DNA of 64,000 bases from Deltaproteobacteria bacterium (lineage in GTDB: Bacteria; Desulfobacterota; Syntrophorhabdia; Syntrophorhabdales; JANXAF01), in assembly GCA_026417175.1 (NCBI GenBank), contig JAOADT010000006.1:5031-69030 (forward strand), read 5' to 3'. The notes beneath the pieces were generated by a model. It saw only the letters and a program-made list of their open reading frames with translations, did no database searches and was not told where the DNA came from. This document shows positions 49,631 to 59,885 of this stretch, piece after piece (the stretch's first letter is position 1; the number at the start of each line of letters is the position of its first letter). Both the position numbers and the translations under genes were made by a program.

Positions 49631-49665
49631 AGAGGGGGTGCACCCAACTCAGGTACACCCCCTCT
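49631..49665. other. Strong GC-rich hairpin between tRNA-Met and the zinc-ribbon gene
   Basis: AGAGGGGGTG (49631-49640) pairs perfectly with CACCCCCTCT (49656-49665). Three further pairs are possible after one mismatch. No adjacent U-run on either strand. Confidence 0.5.
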
Positions 49666-49715
49666 CTGCGAGATTTGGTTTTTCTAATTTACACTTCATC
49701 ATGTGTCATCTTTAA

Positions 49716-49788
49716 TGGGCCCACCTGGCCTCGAACCAGGGACCTTCCGGTTATGAGCCGGTGGCTCTTCCATCTGAGCTATGGGCCC
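49716..49788 (-). tRNA. tRNA with CAT anticodon (elongator Met, or Ile2 if lysidine-modified)
   Basis: 73 nt cloverleaf: GGGCCCA acceptor, anticodon loop CUCAUAA, T-arm CCUGG-UUCGAGG-CCAGG. The G1-C72 pair argues against an initiator. No encoded CCA. Confidence 0.9.
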
Positions 49789-49838
49789 TTAGCTATTTAT
49801 TTAAATTAACCGATCGGTAGCGTAATGTCAACTTTAAA

Positions 49839-49868
49839 TTGACTTTAAACGGTCTTAACAGGTATAAT
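49839..49868 (+). promoter_or_regulatory. Sigma70-like promoter for aspS and the downstream operon
   Basis: TTGACT (49839-49844), 18-nt spacer, TATAAT (49863-49868). SD ACGGAGGT precedes the TTG start at 49894. Confidence 0.5.
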
Positions 49869-49893
49869 TAAAGGCTTTATACGGAGGTTCCAT

Positions 49894-51639
49894 TTGCGTA
49901 GCATCTTGTGTGGATTACTCAACATAAATCATATTGATACGAAGGTAGAGTTATGTGGATGGGTTTATAGGTGGCGTGACCATGGGGGAGTTATTTTTGT
50001 AGACTTAAGAGATACAACTGGGACCGTGCAACTCGTTTTTTCACCGGAATACTCAGTTTCCGCCCACGCTTTGGCAAAAGAATTAGGACTTGAGTACGTG
50101 ATAAGGGTATCGGGGGTAGTAAGGAAAAGACCGCCAGGAACGGAAAATAAAGATATACCTACAGGAGATGTGGAGGTAGCTGTAGATACATTGGAAATCA
50201 TTAATACATGTAAACAGCTACCATTTAACTTAGACGATGAAGAAATTAACGAATCTATAAGGCTGAAATACAGATATCTTGATATGAGAAGGCCTGAAAT
50301 CCATGAAATTTTTAAGATTAGAAGCCTGGCTTATAAGATTGTAAGAGATTATTTTTACTCTCTCGGTTTTCGCGAATTCGAAACTCCTTATTTTACTAAA
50401 AGTACTCCTGAAGGGGCAAGAGACTTTATAGTTCCGAGCAGACTTAATCCAGGACAGTTCTATGCTCTTCCACAATCACCTCAACTTTTCAAGCAAATTT
50501 TAATGATTGCTGGTTTTGATAAATACTTCCAGATTGCCAGGTGTTTCAGAGACGAAGATTTAAGAGCAGATAGACAGCCCGAATTTACCCAGATAGATGT
50601 GGAAATGAGCTTTGTGAACGTTGATGACGTGATAAAAGTGAGTGAAGGCCTGATAGGTGAACTGGTTAAAGGTTTAAAAGGAAAGGAGATCGGGCTTCCG
50701 TTTCCGAGAATAACTTATAATGAAGCTATGGAGTTTTACGGCACAGATAAGCCAGACTTGAGGTTCGACTTAAGGTTGGTTGATATTACTGATGTTTTTC
50801 AAGAAACTGAACTGGGAATTTTAAGACGAATAGTTGAAAATAAGGGAAGCATAAAATGCATTCATTTCAAGGAAAAAAATCTTTCAAGAAGAGAACTTGA
50901 TTTAGCTGTAGATAAAGCAAAGGAGTTAGGAGCAGAAGGTCTTATATGGATGAAAATAGAAGGAAATTCTTTTCAATCACCGGTAAGTAAATATTTAAAG
51001 ATGGAAGAGTTAAAAAGACTCGAAAAAAAAGTTAATCCAAAAGATGGAGATATCATTTTTATTGTAGCTGGAAATAGAGATACAGTGAACGAAGTTTTGG
51101 GAAAGTTTAGGCTCTACTTGGCAGAGAAATATTGTGACATAAAAGATGATGAACTAAAATTCGTATGGGTTGTTGATTTTCCGCTTCTTGAGTACAGTGA
51201 GGAAGAAAAAAGGTATGTGGCGAGACATCACCCGTTTACCGCACCCGCCTTGGATATAAAAACTTTTACCGGACAAATGGGGGATATACCTGCTAAAGCG
51301 TATGATCTTGTGCTTAATGGAGTTGAAATTGGAGGGGGAAGCATAAGAATACACAAAAAAGAAGATCAGATGGAAATGTTTAAGCTTCTAAATATAGAAG
51401 AAGAGGAGGCAAAGGAAAAATTCGGTTTCCTTCTTGAGGCTTTGGAATTTGGTGCACCTCCTCATGGCGGGATCGCGTTTGGTTTTGACAGACTTCTCAT
51501 GATGCTTCTTGGGAAGAAGAGCATAAGAGATGTGATCCCTTTTCCGAAGACACAAAAGGGGATCTGTCCTTTAACAGGAGCACCATCTTCTGTAACACAA
51601 AAACAATTGAATGAATTAAAGATAAAAATAAACATTTAA
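49894..51639 (+). CDS. aspS: Aspartyl-tRNA synthetase
   Basis: 581 aa. OB-fold N-domain, FRDEDLRADRQPEFTQID (motif 2), and GGGSIRIH/GIAFGFDRL (motif 3). Confidence 0.95.
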   Translation: MRSILCGLLNINHIDTKVELCGWVYRWRDHGGVIFVDLRDTTGTVQLVFSPEYSVSAHALAKELGLEYVIRVSGVVRKRPPGTENKDIPTGDVEVAVDTLEIINTCKQLPFNLDDEEINESIRLKYRYLDMRRPEIHEIFKIRSLAYKIVRDYFYSLGFREFETPYFTKSTPEGARDFIVPSRLNPGQFYALPQSPQLFKQILMIAGFDKYFQIARCFRDEDLRADRQPEFTQIDVEMSFVNVDDVIKVSEGLIGELVKGLKGKEIGLPFPRITYNEAMEFYGTDKPDLRFDLRLVDITDVFQETELGILRRIVENKGSIKCIHFKEKNLSRRELDLAVDKAKELGAEGLIWMKIEGNSFQSPVSKYLKMEELKRLEKKVNPKDGDIIFIVAGNRDTVNEVLGKFRLYLAEKYCDIKDDELKFVWVVDFPLLEYSEEEKRYVARHHPFTAPALDIKTFTGQMGDIPAKAYDLVLNGVEIGGGSIRIHKKEDQMEMFKLLNIEEEEAKEKFGFLLEALEFGAPPHGGIAFGFDRLLMMLLGKKSIRDVIPFPKTQKGICPLTGAPSSVTQKQLNELKIKINI

Positions 51640-51656
51640 CTTTATGGAGGTCAGAA

Positions 51657-53480
51657 TTGAAAAAGAAAAAAGGGTTCATATTCAAAAATACTATAAGAAC
51701 AAAAAAATTTCCCCTTGTAGACGTAGAGGAACCTGAGTTTTTTAGAGAAACATTTCCATACAATGAAGTTTGCAAGGTAAAATTCGACCACAAAATCGAA
51801 CTTATAGATCCCCCAGATGACATTTTTATTACGGATACTACTTTCAGGGACGGCCAACAGGCAAGGCCACCTTTTACCGTGAAGCAGATTGTTGATCTTT
51901 ACGAACTGATGCATAGACTTGGTGGCCCTAACGGTGTTATAAGACAGTCAGAGTTCTTTCTTTACACGGAGAAAGACAGAGAGGCCGTTGACAAATGCAG
52001 AGAAAAAGGTTTCCGTTACCCAGAAATAACGGGTTGGATAAGGGCGAATAAGGAAGACTTGCAGATTGTAAAAGAAATGGGACTCAAAGAAACTGGTATT
52101 CTCACGAGCGTTTCAGACTATCACATCTTCATGAAACTCAAAAAGAAAAGATCCCAAGCTTTTAACGATTACTTGAAAATAGTAGAAGAGGCATTAAACT
52201 ACGGTATCACCCCCAGATGCCATTTTGAAGACGTCACAAGAGCTGACATATACGGATTCTGTGTGCCATTTGCACAGGCCCTTATGGAACTGTCTCAGCA
52301 GGCAAAAATCCCTGTTAAAATACGACTTTGCGACACCCTGGGCCTTGGTGTTACCTATCCGGGTGCAGCGCTTCCAAGGTCTATTGGAAAGATAGTGAGA
52401 GCCATGATAGATGACGCAGGGGTTCCTTCAGAGTACTTAGAATGGCATGGACACAATGATTTCCATAAGGTTATAGTTAACAGCGTAAGCGCCTGGCTTT
52501 ACGGATGTACGTATGTAAATGGTACCCTTCTCGGAATAGGAGAAAGGACTGGAAATGCCCACATCGAGGGGCTCATAATGGAGTACATTGCCCTTACCGG
52601 GACTGAAAACGGGATTGACACTAGAGTAATAACAGAGATACGTAACTACTTTGAACGAGAAATAGGATATCATGTTCCTAGGAACCAACCCTTTGTAGGA
52701 GCAGATTTTAACACCACCTCTGCTGGGATCCATATAGATGGGTTAATGAAAGACAGGGAAGTTTATACCCCCTTTGACACTGAAAAGATATTGAATAGAC
52801 CCATATCCGTTAATATAACGGATAAGTCTGGGCTTGCCGGTATAGCACATTGGATTAATACGCACTTTGCCTTAACAGGAAAAGACAGAATAGATAAAAA
52901 TCATCCTGGTATCGCAAAGATAAATAAATGGGTTCTTAAACAGTACGAGGAGGGTAGAGTTACTTCCATATCTGACCAGGAGCTTGAACATTTGGCGAGA
53001 AGATATATACCTGAAATATTCGTCTCAGAATTTGAGCTCTTCAAAAAGAGGGCATACGAGATGGCTGCACATCTTATTGAACGGTACATAGACCATCCAG
53101 AAATAAGGAGTATGGTTCCACAGAGGATCGAAGAGGTATTGAAGCAGGTCGTTGGTGAATATCCTTACATCCAGTTTGCATACGTAGTTAATAATGAAGG
53201 TATAAAGATCACAAAAAATATAACCCAGGTAGTGGACCGTGCCAAATACTATAAGATAGGTCTTCATGAGGATTTCTCAGACAGAGATTGGTTCATAAAT
53301 CCAATGAAAACAGGAAAAGTTTATGTTTCAGACCTTTATTCCTCAAGAATAACTGGAGCTCTTTGTATAACTGTCTCTGGACCCATAAGGGATAATTCTG
53401 GAGATATAGTAGGTGTTTTAGGATTCGATATAAGATTCGAGGATCTGACAAAGGCAGAAGAAGAATTAGCGGAGGGTTAA
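51657..53480 (+). CDS. IPMS/homocitrate-synthase-family enzyme, best read as Re-citrate synthase-like, with Cache-like C-terminal domain
   Basis: 607 aa, TTG start. HMGL-like core (ITDTTFRDGQQ, HGHND). The C-terminal ~130 aa show the Cache/PDC signature DRDWF...GKVYVSDLYSSRITGALCITVSGPIRDNSGDIVGVLGFDIRFEDL. Followed by aconitase-type and ICDH genes. Confidence 0.6.
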   Translation: MKKKKGFIFKNTIRTKKFPLVDVEEPEFFRETFPYNEVCKVKFDHKIELIDPPDDIFITDTTFRDGQQARPPFTVKQIVDLYELMHRLGGPNGVIRQSEFFLYTEKDREAVDKCREKGFRYPEITGWIRANKEDLQIVKEMGLKETGILTSVSDYHIFMKLKKKRSQAFNDYLKIVEEALNYGITPRCHFEDVTRADIYGFCVPFAQALMELSQQAKIPVKIRLCDTLGLGVTYPGAALPRSIGKIVRAMIDDAGVPSEYLEWHGHNDFHKVIVNSVSAWLYGCTYVNGTLLGIGERTGNAHIEGLIMEYIALTGTENGIDTRVITEIRNYFEREIGYHVPRNQPFVGADFNTTSAGIHIDGLMKDREVYTPFDTEKILNRPISVNITDKSGLAGIAHWINTHFALTGKDRIDKNHPGIAKINKWVLKQYEEGRVTSISDQELEHLARRYIPEIFVSEFELFKKRAYEMAAHLIERYIDHPEIRSMVPQRIEEVLKQVVGEYPYIQFAYVVNNEGIKITKNITQVVDRAKYYKIGLHEDFSDRDWFINPMKTGKVYVSDLYSSRITGALCITVSGPIRDNSGDIVGVLGFDIRFEDLTKAEEELAEG

Positions 53481-53483
53481 CAA

Positions 53484-54776
53484 GTGGGAAAGACGATAGT
53501 CGAAAAGATTATCAGTTTAAATACAAAAACGGATGCCAGACAAGGCGATTATCTAATTGTAAATGTGGACAAGATTCTCCTTCAAGATGGTACAGCCCCC
53601 CTTGCTATAAATAGATTCAAGGAACTGGGCTTTGAAAAGCTCTTTAACCCAAAAAATGTAGTATTCTTCATTGATCATGCCTCGCCTAGTCCGAGAAAGG
53701 AACTATCTAACGATCACATAATCATAAGAGAATTCGTGAGAAATTATGGCGCTTTGCTCAGCGATTCAGGAGAAGGGATCTGTCACCAAGTCATGTGCGA
53801 AAAGTTTCTTTCTCCTTCGGAGGTCCTTTTGGGGGCAGACTCTCACACGACCACAGGGGGTGCCCTAGGGGCTTTTGCAACGGGGATGGGATCTACTGAT
53901 ATAGCAGTTGCAATGGGACTTGGAAAAACGTGGATAAGGGTTCCTGAATGCCATAAGTTTGTGCTAAATGGAGAGTTGAGAAGTGGGGTTTTTAGTAAAG
54001 ATTTAATTCTATATATAATTGGGATGATTGGAGCAGAGGGGGCAACGTATAAGGCTATGGAGTTTACAGGTGATCTTGTAAAAAAGCTTCCCATTGAATC
54101 GCGGATGACTATTGCAAATATGGCTGTTGAAGCTGGTGCAAAGTGCGGAGTATTTCCTTCAGATCTAATGACTTTCATGTATCTTAGGACAAAGGGAAGG
54201 GAAAAAAGTTACATAGAATTAATTCCAGACGAGGATGCAAAGTATGAGAAAGTTTACGAAATAGATGTGGAGAAAATTGAGCCACAGATAAGTGTTCCGC
54301 ATAGGGTAGATAATGTAAAGACGGTTCTGGAAGTTTCCTCCAAGGATGTGGAGATAAGTCAAGTCTTCATAGGATCCTGTACAAACGGAAGAATAGGAGA
54401 CTTGAGAATCGCGGCTAATATTCTGAGAGGAAGAAAAAAACATAAAGATGTTCGATTGATCGTATGTCCCGCATCCAGATTTGTGTACTACCAAGCGCTT
54501 CAGGAAGGTATAATAACTACTTTAGTTGAGGCAGGGGCTATAATTCTTCCTCCGGGATGTGGTCCCTGCATAGGACTTCATATGGGAGTTTTGGGTAATA
54601 ACGAACGGTGCGTCTCCACATCAAACAGAAATTTTTTGGGACGGATGGGAAATCCTGATTCTGAAATATATCTTGCTTCACCTGCGACAGCGGCTGCATC
54701 TGCAATTAAAGGAAAAATAACTGATCCCAGGGAGGTAATGGATGATATTGAAGGGAAAGGCATGGAAGTTTGGTGA
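53484..54776 (+). CDS. Aconitase-superfamily dehydratase large subunit (LeuC/HacA type)
   Basis: 430 aa, GTG start. [13 protein letters not shown] and cluster cysteines (GSCTNGR, GCGPC). Confidence 0.85.
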   Translation: MGKTIVEKIISLNTKTDARQGDYLIVNVDKILLQDGTAPLAINRFKELGFEKLFNPKNVVFFIDHASPSPRKELSNDHIIIREFVRNYGALLSDSGEGICHQVMCEKFLSPSEVLLGADSHTTTGGALGAFATGMGSTDIAVAMGLGKTWIRVPECHKFVLNGELRSGVFSKDLILYIIGMIGAEGATYKAMEFTGDLVKKLPIESRMTIANMAVEAGAKCGVFPSDLMTFMYLRTKGREKSYIELIPDEDAKYEKVYEIDVEKIEPQISVPHRVDNVKTVLEVSSKDVEISQVFIGSCTNGRIGDLRIAANILRGRKKHKDVRLIVCPASRFVYYQALQEGIITTLVEAGAIILPPGCGPCIGLHMGVLGNNERCVSTSNRNFLGRMGNPDSEIYLASPATAAASAIKGKITDPREVMDDIEGKGMEVW

Positions 54777-55239
54777 TAACATATCTACAGACCATATTAT
54801 CCCAGGCAGATTTTATCATCTTAGATCCAATTTGGAAGAATTGAAAAAACACCTATTTGAGGATATCCATCAGGGCTTTTATGAAAAGGTAACAAAGGGT
54901 GATATTATATTCGGAGGAAGAAATTTCGGTCTTGGATCTAGTAGGGAGCATGCTCCATTGATAATAAAGCTGGCAGGTATAGATGCTGTTGTTGCTCCAT
55001 CTTTTGCGAGAATATTTTTCAGAAATGCTATAAATGTAGGTCTCTGCGCAGTAATATGTGATGCGGATGAAGTAGAGGAAGGAGATGAAATAGAGCTCCA
55101 TATTGAACAGGGTGTCTTGAAAAACCTCACGAAAGGATTTGAAAAAAGGTTTCAGCCATTGCCTGCAATTATGAGAGATATATTGAAGGAAGGAGGCCTT
55201 GTTCAATATATAAGAAAAAACGGAGGATTCAAAGTGTAA
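54742..55239 (+). CDS. Aconitase-superfamily dehydratase small subunit (LeuD/HacB type)
   Basis: 165 aa. [19 protein letters not shown] and GSSREHA motifs. Confidence 0.85.
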   Translation: MILKGKAWKFGDNISTDHIIPGRFYHLRSNLEELKKHLFEDIHQGFYEKVTKGDIIFGGRNFGLGSSREHAPLIIKLAGIDAVVAPSFARIFFRNAINVGLCAVICDADEVEEGDEIELHIEQGVLKNLTKGFEKRFQPLPAIMRDILKEGGLVQYIRKNGGFKV

Positions 55240-56366
55240 TGGAAAAAATAAAGATTCCATATATTATAGGAGACGGCACAGGTAAAGATATATGGAACGC
55301 TTCTCGCGAGGTACTTGAAGAAGCAGTAATTAGAGCGTACAACCACGAAAAGGAAATAGAATGGGTTTACCTCTTGGCAGGTCAAAATGCTCTTGAACAG
55401 AAGGGTGTTTTACTTCCGGATGAGACTCTACATACTATCCGGGAGATAAAATTTGCGATAAAAGGACCTCTTACGACGCCTGTTGGTGGTGGTTTCAGAA
55501 GTATGAATGTCTATCTGAGACAAATATTCGATTTATATGTATGCCTACGCCCGATAAAATACATAAAAGGTCTTCCTAGTCCAATAAAAAATCCGGAACG
55601 TGTAAACATAATCGTTTTTAGAGAAAATACCGAAGATGTTTACAAAGGAATAGAGTGGGCTGCTGAAACAGAAGACGTGAGGAAGTTGATAGATTTCTTA
55701 AAAGAAAGTATGGAAATTGATCTTCCTTATGACTCCGGAATAGGAATAAAACCCATAAGCAGGAAGGGAACTGAAAGGTTTGTCAATTGGGTTTTGAATT
55801 ATGCGATAACGCATGGGAGGAAGAAGATAACTATAGTCCACAAGGGTAATATAATGAAATATACCGAAGGAGCTTTCAGAGCATGGGCGTACGAGGTTTA
55901 CGAAAGGTTTATGAAAGATTCAGCTGGCAAAGAGATCATGGTCAATGATATAATTGCAGACAACATGTTCATGCAGATAATACTAAGACCTGAGGAATAC
56001 GATATACTTTTGTGTCCAAATCTAAACGGAGACTATCTTTCAGACTGTTGCGCTGCTCTTGTGGGGGGTCTTGGGGTAGCTCCGGGAGCAAACATAGGCG
56101 ACGAAATAGCGATTTTTGAGCCAACCCACGGGAGTGCTCCAAAATATGCGGGTAAAGATATTGTAAATCCCCTCTCGTTTATATTTTCTGCTTGCATGTT
56201 ATTCGAGCACATCGGATTAAAGGAAGCTAAGGAGTTAATAGAGAAAGCTGTAGAAAAAACAATAAGCGAAGGCATCATGACTTACGATCTTGCCCGCCTT
56301 TCGCACGGGATACAACCTGTAAAATGTTCGGAATTTGGAAGAGCCTTAATTGAGAGAATGGGTTAG
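55239..56366 (+). CDS. icd: Isocitrate dehydrogenase (prokaryotic Icd-like beta-decarboxylating dehydrogenase)
   Basis: 375 aa. IPYIIGDGTGKDIW, KGPLTTPVGGGFRSMNVYLRQ and RENTEDVYKGIEW closely follow the Icd-type pattern rather than LeuB. Confidence 0.75.
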   Translation: MEKIKIPYIIGDGTGKDIWNASREVLEEAVIRAYNHEKEIEWVYLLAGQNALEQKGVLLPDETLHTIREIKFAIKGPLTTPVGGGFRSMNVYLRQIFDLYVCLRPIKYIKGLPSPIKNPERVNIIVFRENTEDVYKGIEWAAETEDVRKLIDFLKESMEIDLPYDSGIGIKPISRKGTERFVNWVLNYAITHGRKKITIVHKGNIMKYTEGAFRAWAYEVYERFMKDSAGKEIMVNDIIADNMFMQIILRPEEYDILLCPNLNGDYLSDCCAALVGGLGVAPGANIGDEIAIFEPTHGSAPKYAGKDIVNPLSFIFSACMLFEHIGLKEAKELIEKAVEKTISEGIMTYDLARLSHGIQPVKCSEFGRALIERMG

Positions 56367-56369
56367 GTC

Positions 56370-57501
56370 ATGGAAAGAAAGAAAGATACATTACAGCCTG
56401 AGGATTTTAGATCTAAAATAGCAAACCTGTCTGAGAGATTTCAGACGCTTAGGGGTCATCTTTGACCTCGCCTCCTTAGAGATAAAAATCCAAGAACTCG
56501 ACAAAGAGATAGCGAAACCAAATTTTTGGGAGGATCAAGAGAGGGCTCATCGGGTCTTGAAAGAGAGGGCTAAGCTCTCAGAAGATAAAGAAAAATTGGT
56601 AAGATGTGAAAAAGAACTGCAAGACATTCTTATCCTTGAAGATTTTTTCAGGGAGACTAACGATCCTCAAGACTTAAAGGAGCTAAAATCCAGACTTAAT
56701 AAACTAGAGGATGATCTGACAAGATTGGAAATAGAAAGAATGCTTTCCGGTGAGCACGATAAAGACAATGCAATCGTTTACATAAATGCTGGCGCTGGTG
56801 GAACAGAGGCACAGGATTGGGCTGAAATGTTGTTGCGGATGTATTTGAGGTGGGCAGAAAGAAAAGGATTTGAGACTCAGATTGTGGACATGCTTTATGG
56901 TGAAGAAGCTGGTATAAAGAACGTTACTTTTATAGTAAGAGGGTTATACGCATATGGGTATTTAAAATGTGAGAACGGGATACACAGACTTGTCAGGATT
57001 TCGCCGTTTGATGCGAATAATAGAAGACACACATCTTTTGCCTCTTTTTACTCTTATCCGGAAATTTCGGATAATATAGTAGTGGAAATAAAAGAAGAAG
57101 ATCTTCGCATCGATACCTTTAGGGCGAGTGGTCCAGGAGGCCAACATGTAAACAAGACTGAAAGCGCTGTCAGGATCACTCATATTCCCACCGGGATTGT
57201 GGTCCAGTGTCAAAATGAAAGATCCCAGCACAAAAATAAGGCGATTGCTCTTTCAATACTTAAATCAAGACTCTATGAGCTGGAAAAACAGAAAAAGGAA
57301 GAGAAGATAAAGGCCTTAAGTCAAGAAAAAAAAGAGATCGCTTGGGGAAGTCAAATTCGCTCTTACATTCTCCATCCATACAAACTGGTTAAAGATCATA
57401 GGACGAAATTTGAGGTTCACAATGCAGATGACGTCTTGGATGGCAATCTGGATGGCTTCATCAAGGCTTGCCTTTTACACTTGACTTTTAAGAGAAATTA
57501 A
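56370..57501 (+). CDS. prfB: Peptide chain release factor 2 with programmed +1 frameshift
   Basis: ORF0 is MERKK...LRGHL, ending at an in-frame TGA (56463-56465) within AGGGGTCATCTTTGAC, the canonical SD-like plus CUU UGA C site. The +1 frame continues DLASLEIKIQ... into the 56557..57501 ORF. SPF and GGQ motifs are present. Confidence 0.92.
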
Positions 57502-57516
57502 GGGTATCTATTACTT

Positions 57517-57750
57517 ATGGAACTTTTTGCAGATCATAAACTTGTTGAGCTAGAAGAAAAGATAGAGATGCTTCTTAAAAACTACAAAGCTCTAAAGGAA
57601 GAAAACGAGAAATACCAGGAAAAATTTAAAGCGCTTGAAGCGGAAAACAGGGAGCTGAAGGAGAAAGTTACAAGCATGAAAAATGAGAAGGATCTCATAA
57701 TTGAAAAGATTGGGGCCATAATTGAGAAAATATCGCTCGCTCAAAGATAA
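57517..57750 (+). CDS. zapB: ZapB-like coiled-coil cell-division protein
   Basis: 77 aa, all coiled coil (LEEKIEMLLKNYKALKEENEK...). Immediately upstream of zapA. Confidence 0.5.
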   Translation: MELFADHKLVELEEKIEMLLKNYKALKEENEKYQEKFKALEAENRELKEKVTSMKNEKDLIIEKIGAIIEKISLAQR

Positions 57751-58011
57751 ATGGAGAAAAGAGTGGAAGTAACTATAGGAAGGAACCATTACACATTTAT
57801 CGGCGAAGATGAAGAGAGAATAAAAAAAGTAGCAACATACGTGGACAGTAAGGTGACTGAGGTATTGAGAGAACATAAGATTGTAAATACCGTCAACGTA
57901 CTTGTGATGGCATTAATGGAAATGGCTGATGAGTATCTTGAACTGAAAGAAAGGCTTGGGAAGATAGAAACAAGTACAAATCGACTTTTAAAAAAGATTG
58001 AGGAGATTTAA
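57751..58011 (+). CDS. zapA: Cell division protein ZapA
   Basis: 86 aa. VEVTIGRNHYTFIGEDEERIKKVATYVDSKV is the typical ZapA N-terminus. Confidence 0.8.
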   Translation: MEKRVEVTIGRNHYTFIGEDEERIKKVATYVDSKVTEVLREHKIVNTVNVLVMALMEMADEYLELKERLGKIETSTNRLLKKIEEI

Positions 58012-58012
58012 G

Positions 58013-58187
58013 GTTCCCTGCAATGTGCGTGATAAGTAGTGACTTCGAGCCAACACCTCAATTATGGGAGCCAGATTTCGTCGCCGGGAGCATGCTCGCA
58101 GAAGCGAGAAGCCAAAGGCAACGAGGAGGCACCCACTTTTATTTTTGAGGTTCAAGATCTACTATTTACACGGCATTGCGGGGATTA
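58013..58187 (+). ncRNA. ssrS: 6S RNA
   Basis: About 175-nt GC-rich island immediately after zapA, the classical zapA-ssrS synteny. The ends form a long imperfect closing helix (CCCUGCAAUGUGCGUG with CACGGCAUUGCGGGG). There is an internal hairpin CUCGC-AGAA-GCGAG. Confidence 0.7.
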
Positions 58188-58334
58188 AAATAGATATTAT
58201 TGAGGGTTAGTTGCTGAGGAAAGAGAGATTTATAACATAAAGTCAAAAAAAATAAGGAGGTATTTGCTTTTTTTATTTAGTAAAAAGAGTCTCTTTGCCC
58301 TCATCACCTAACCCCTTAAATTAAAGAGGGGAAA

Positions 58335-59885
58335 GTGACATTATTGATATACGTTCTTATTGTTGCAGTTTCAGTTTTCGTCGGTTTTTACTTATCTAAA
58401 ATTCTTCAAAAAAGAAAGCTTGAAGAATACGAAAGAATAGGAAAAAAAATAATTGAGGATGCAAAAAGGGAAGCGGAAACAATAAAGAAGGAAGCTTCTC
58501 TTCAAGCCAAAGATATAATCATCCAAGCTAAAACCGACTTCGACCAAGAAATAAAGGCTAGAAGACTCGAGTTGAATAAAATTGAACAAAGGCTTGCTCA
58601 GAAAGAAGCAAGCTATGATAGAAGATTAGAACTCCTCGACAAAAAAGAAGAAGAACTTGCGAGGAAAGAAAGGGAAGTGCTGCATAGAGAATTAGAGGCT
58701 AATGAAAAGATAAAAGAATATGATAGGCTTTTGGAGAAAGAAAGGGAAAAGCTTGAAGCATTATCTGGGATAACTTCTGAGGAAGCAAAACAGATGCTTT
58801 TACAAAAAGTAGAAGAAGATGCCAAATTTGAGGCAGTAAAGATATATAAGAGGATAGAAGAGGAGGCAAAGGAAAAGGCCGACAAAAAAGCAAAGGAGAT
58901 CATCGCGCTTGCGGTTCAAAGATATGCAGGAGAATATGTGGCTGAAGAATCAGTGTCAGTTGTTCAACTCCCAAACGAAGAAATGAAGGGGAGAATAATA
59001 GGGAGAGAGGGAAGGAACATAAGGGCTCTCGAAGCCGCTACCGGTGTGGATATCATAATAGATGACACACCCGAGGCAGTAATTCTTTCATGTTTTAATC
59101 CGATAAGGAGGGAAGTGGCAAGGCTGGCTCTGGAAAGACTTATAATGGATGGAAGAATACATCCGGCAAGAATTGAGGAGGTAGTGGCAAAGGTAGCCGA
59201 GGAGTTAGAGGAGAAGATAAAGGAGGCAGGAGAAAAGGCGGTTTTTGATTTAGGCTTACACAATGTTCATCCTGAACTTATTAAGCTTTTAGGGAAGCTC
59301 CAGTTCAGAAGTAGTTACGCCCAAAATGTTTATAAACATTCCATTGAGGTTGCTTTTATTTGTGGAATTATAGCTTCAGAACTTGGATTAAATGTAAAAG
59401 AGGCTAAAAGAGCCGGCCTTCTTCATGACATAGGTAAGGCTGTTGATCACGAAATAGAAGGTTCCCATTCTCAGATTGGGGCAGACCTTGCTAAGAGGTA
59501 CGGAGAGAACGAAGAAATAGTGCACGCCATACTGGCCCATCATGAAGAAGTTGAGGCTCATTCCATACTTGATATTGTTGTTCAGGCAGCAGATGCTCTT
59601 TCTGGAGCAAGACCAGGTGCGAGAAGGGAGATGCTTGAGACTTATATAAAAAGATTACAGGATTTGGAAAGGATTGCGAACAGCTTTCCAGGTGTAGAAA
59701 AATCTTATGCAATTCAAGCAGGGAGAGAAATAAGAATAGTTGTAAACAGTGAAGTTGTGACTGATGATGAACTTTTCACTCTGTCTCGTGATATTGCAAA
59801 AAGAATAGAAAGCGAACTCTCTTATCCCGGTCAGATAAAAGTTGTAGTCATTAGAGAGACAAGAGCGGTGGATTATGCAAGATAG
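58335..59885 (+). CDS. rny: Ribonuclease Y
   Basis: 516 aa, GTG start. N-terminal TM, coiled coil, KH domain ([12 protein letters not shown]), and HD domain (LLHDIGKA). Confidence 0.95.
   Translation: MTLLIYVLIVAVSVFVGFYLSKILQKRKLEEYERIGKKIIEDAKREAETIKKEASLQAKDIIIQAKTDFDQEIKARRLELNKIEQRLAQKEASYDRRLELLDKKEEELARKEREVLHRELEANEKIKEYDRLLEKEREKLEALSGITSEEAKQMLLQKVEEDAKFEAVKIYKRIEEEAKEKADKKAKEIIALAVQRYAGEYVAEESVSVVQLPNEEMKGRIIGREGRNIRALEAATGVDIIIDDTPEAVILSCFNPIRREVARLALERLIMDGRIHPARIEEVVAKVAEELEEKIKEAGEKAVFDLGLHNVHPELIKLLGKLQFRSSYAQNVYKHSIEVAFICGIIASELGLNVKEAKRAGLLHDIGKAVDHEIEGSHSQIGADLAKRYGENEEIVHAILAHHEEVEAHSILDIVVQAADALSGARPGARREMLETYIKRLQDLERIANSFPGVEKSYAIQAGREIRIVVNSEVVTDDELFTLSRDIAKRIESELSYPGQIKVVVIRETRAVDYAR

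Noticed and set aside
56370-56560. The prfB gene looks 5'-truncated or pseudogenised: the track ORF starts at 56557, and an upstream ORF ends at an in-frame TGA.
   Set aside because: The sequence AGGGGTCATCTTTGAC is the textbook RF2 autoregulatory +1 frameshift site (SD-like element plus CUU UGA C). The +1 frame continues seamlessly with RF2-like sequence. This is established biology, not a pseudogene or a novelty.
58013-58187. 6S RNA and rnpB considered as novel ncRNAs because no ORF explains these GC-rich islands.
   Set aside because: Both match well-established RNA families (conserved RNase P motifs; zapA-ssrS synteny and 6S-like closing helix). They are reported as features, not novelties.
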